In this document: positions 41,984 through 42,041 of the stretch, in pieces
How positions within the stretch are numbered: the first letter of the stretch is position 1
Layout of the letters: each line of letters starts with the position of its first letter
NCBI RefSeq assembly: GCF_001194135.2
Contig: NC_068990.1
Location: forward strand, 14,913,977-14,956,017
Length of the DNA: 42,041 bases
Source: Octopus bimaculoides
Taxonomy: Eukaryota
Direction: 5' to 3'
Made by a program: the position numbers and the translations under genes
The notes under the pieces: model-generated
Seen by the model: the letters and a program-made list of their open reading frames with translations, nothing else
What the model was told of the DNA's origin: nothing
Databases searched by the model: none

Positions 41984-42041
41984 GTGAGTTTCAATGAGTG
42001 AATACACACCTCATTAAAACTGTTTATAACATAAATATTAG

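Overview
AT-rich, microsatellite- and SINE-dense animal genomic DNA. The repeat families look like those of Octopus (inference from recognised SINE motifs) and there are five assembly gaps. The whole window is the interior of one large + strand gene with neither start nor stop. I hand-spliced 34 GT-AG exons (5125 nt, about 1700 aa); the phases are consistent except for one junction, which needs a missing exon and spans the 12120-12933 N gap. Domain order: end of VWD - C8 - TIL - E - TIL' - E' - VWD(GDPH) - C8 - TIL - E - LDLa - short linker - seven tandem divergent F5/8 type C (discoidin)-like domains separated by Thr/Pro-rich micro-exon linkers. This is a gel-forming-mucin/SCO-spondin/hemocytin-like secreted protein. 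Most interesting points: (i) the D3-like assembly lacks both cysteines that VWF and mucins use for N-terminal intermolecular disulfides, while every complete discoidin-like repeat keeps an odd third cysteine; (ii) the repeat array is built from phase-symmetric exon cassettes with mosaic (conversion-like) ancestry; (iii) the introns hold microsatellite-embedded RLE retrotransposon fragments, Penelope-type hammerhead motifs, modular SINEs, and two independent head-to-head SINE pairs. Domain calls come from motif recognition and all counts are manual; no database search was run.
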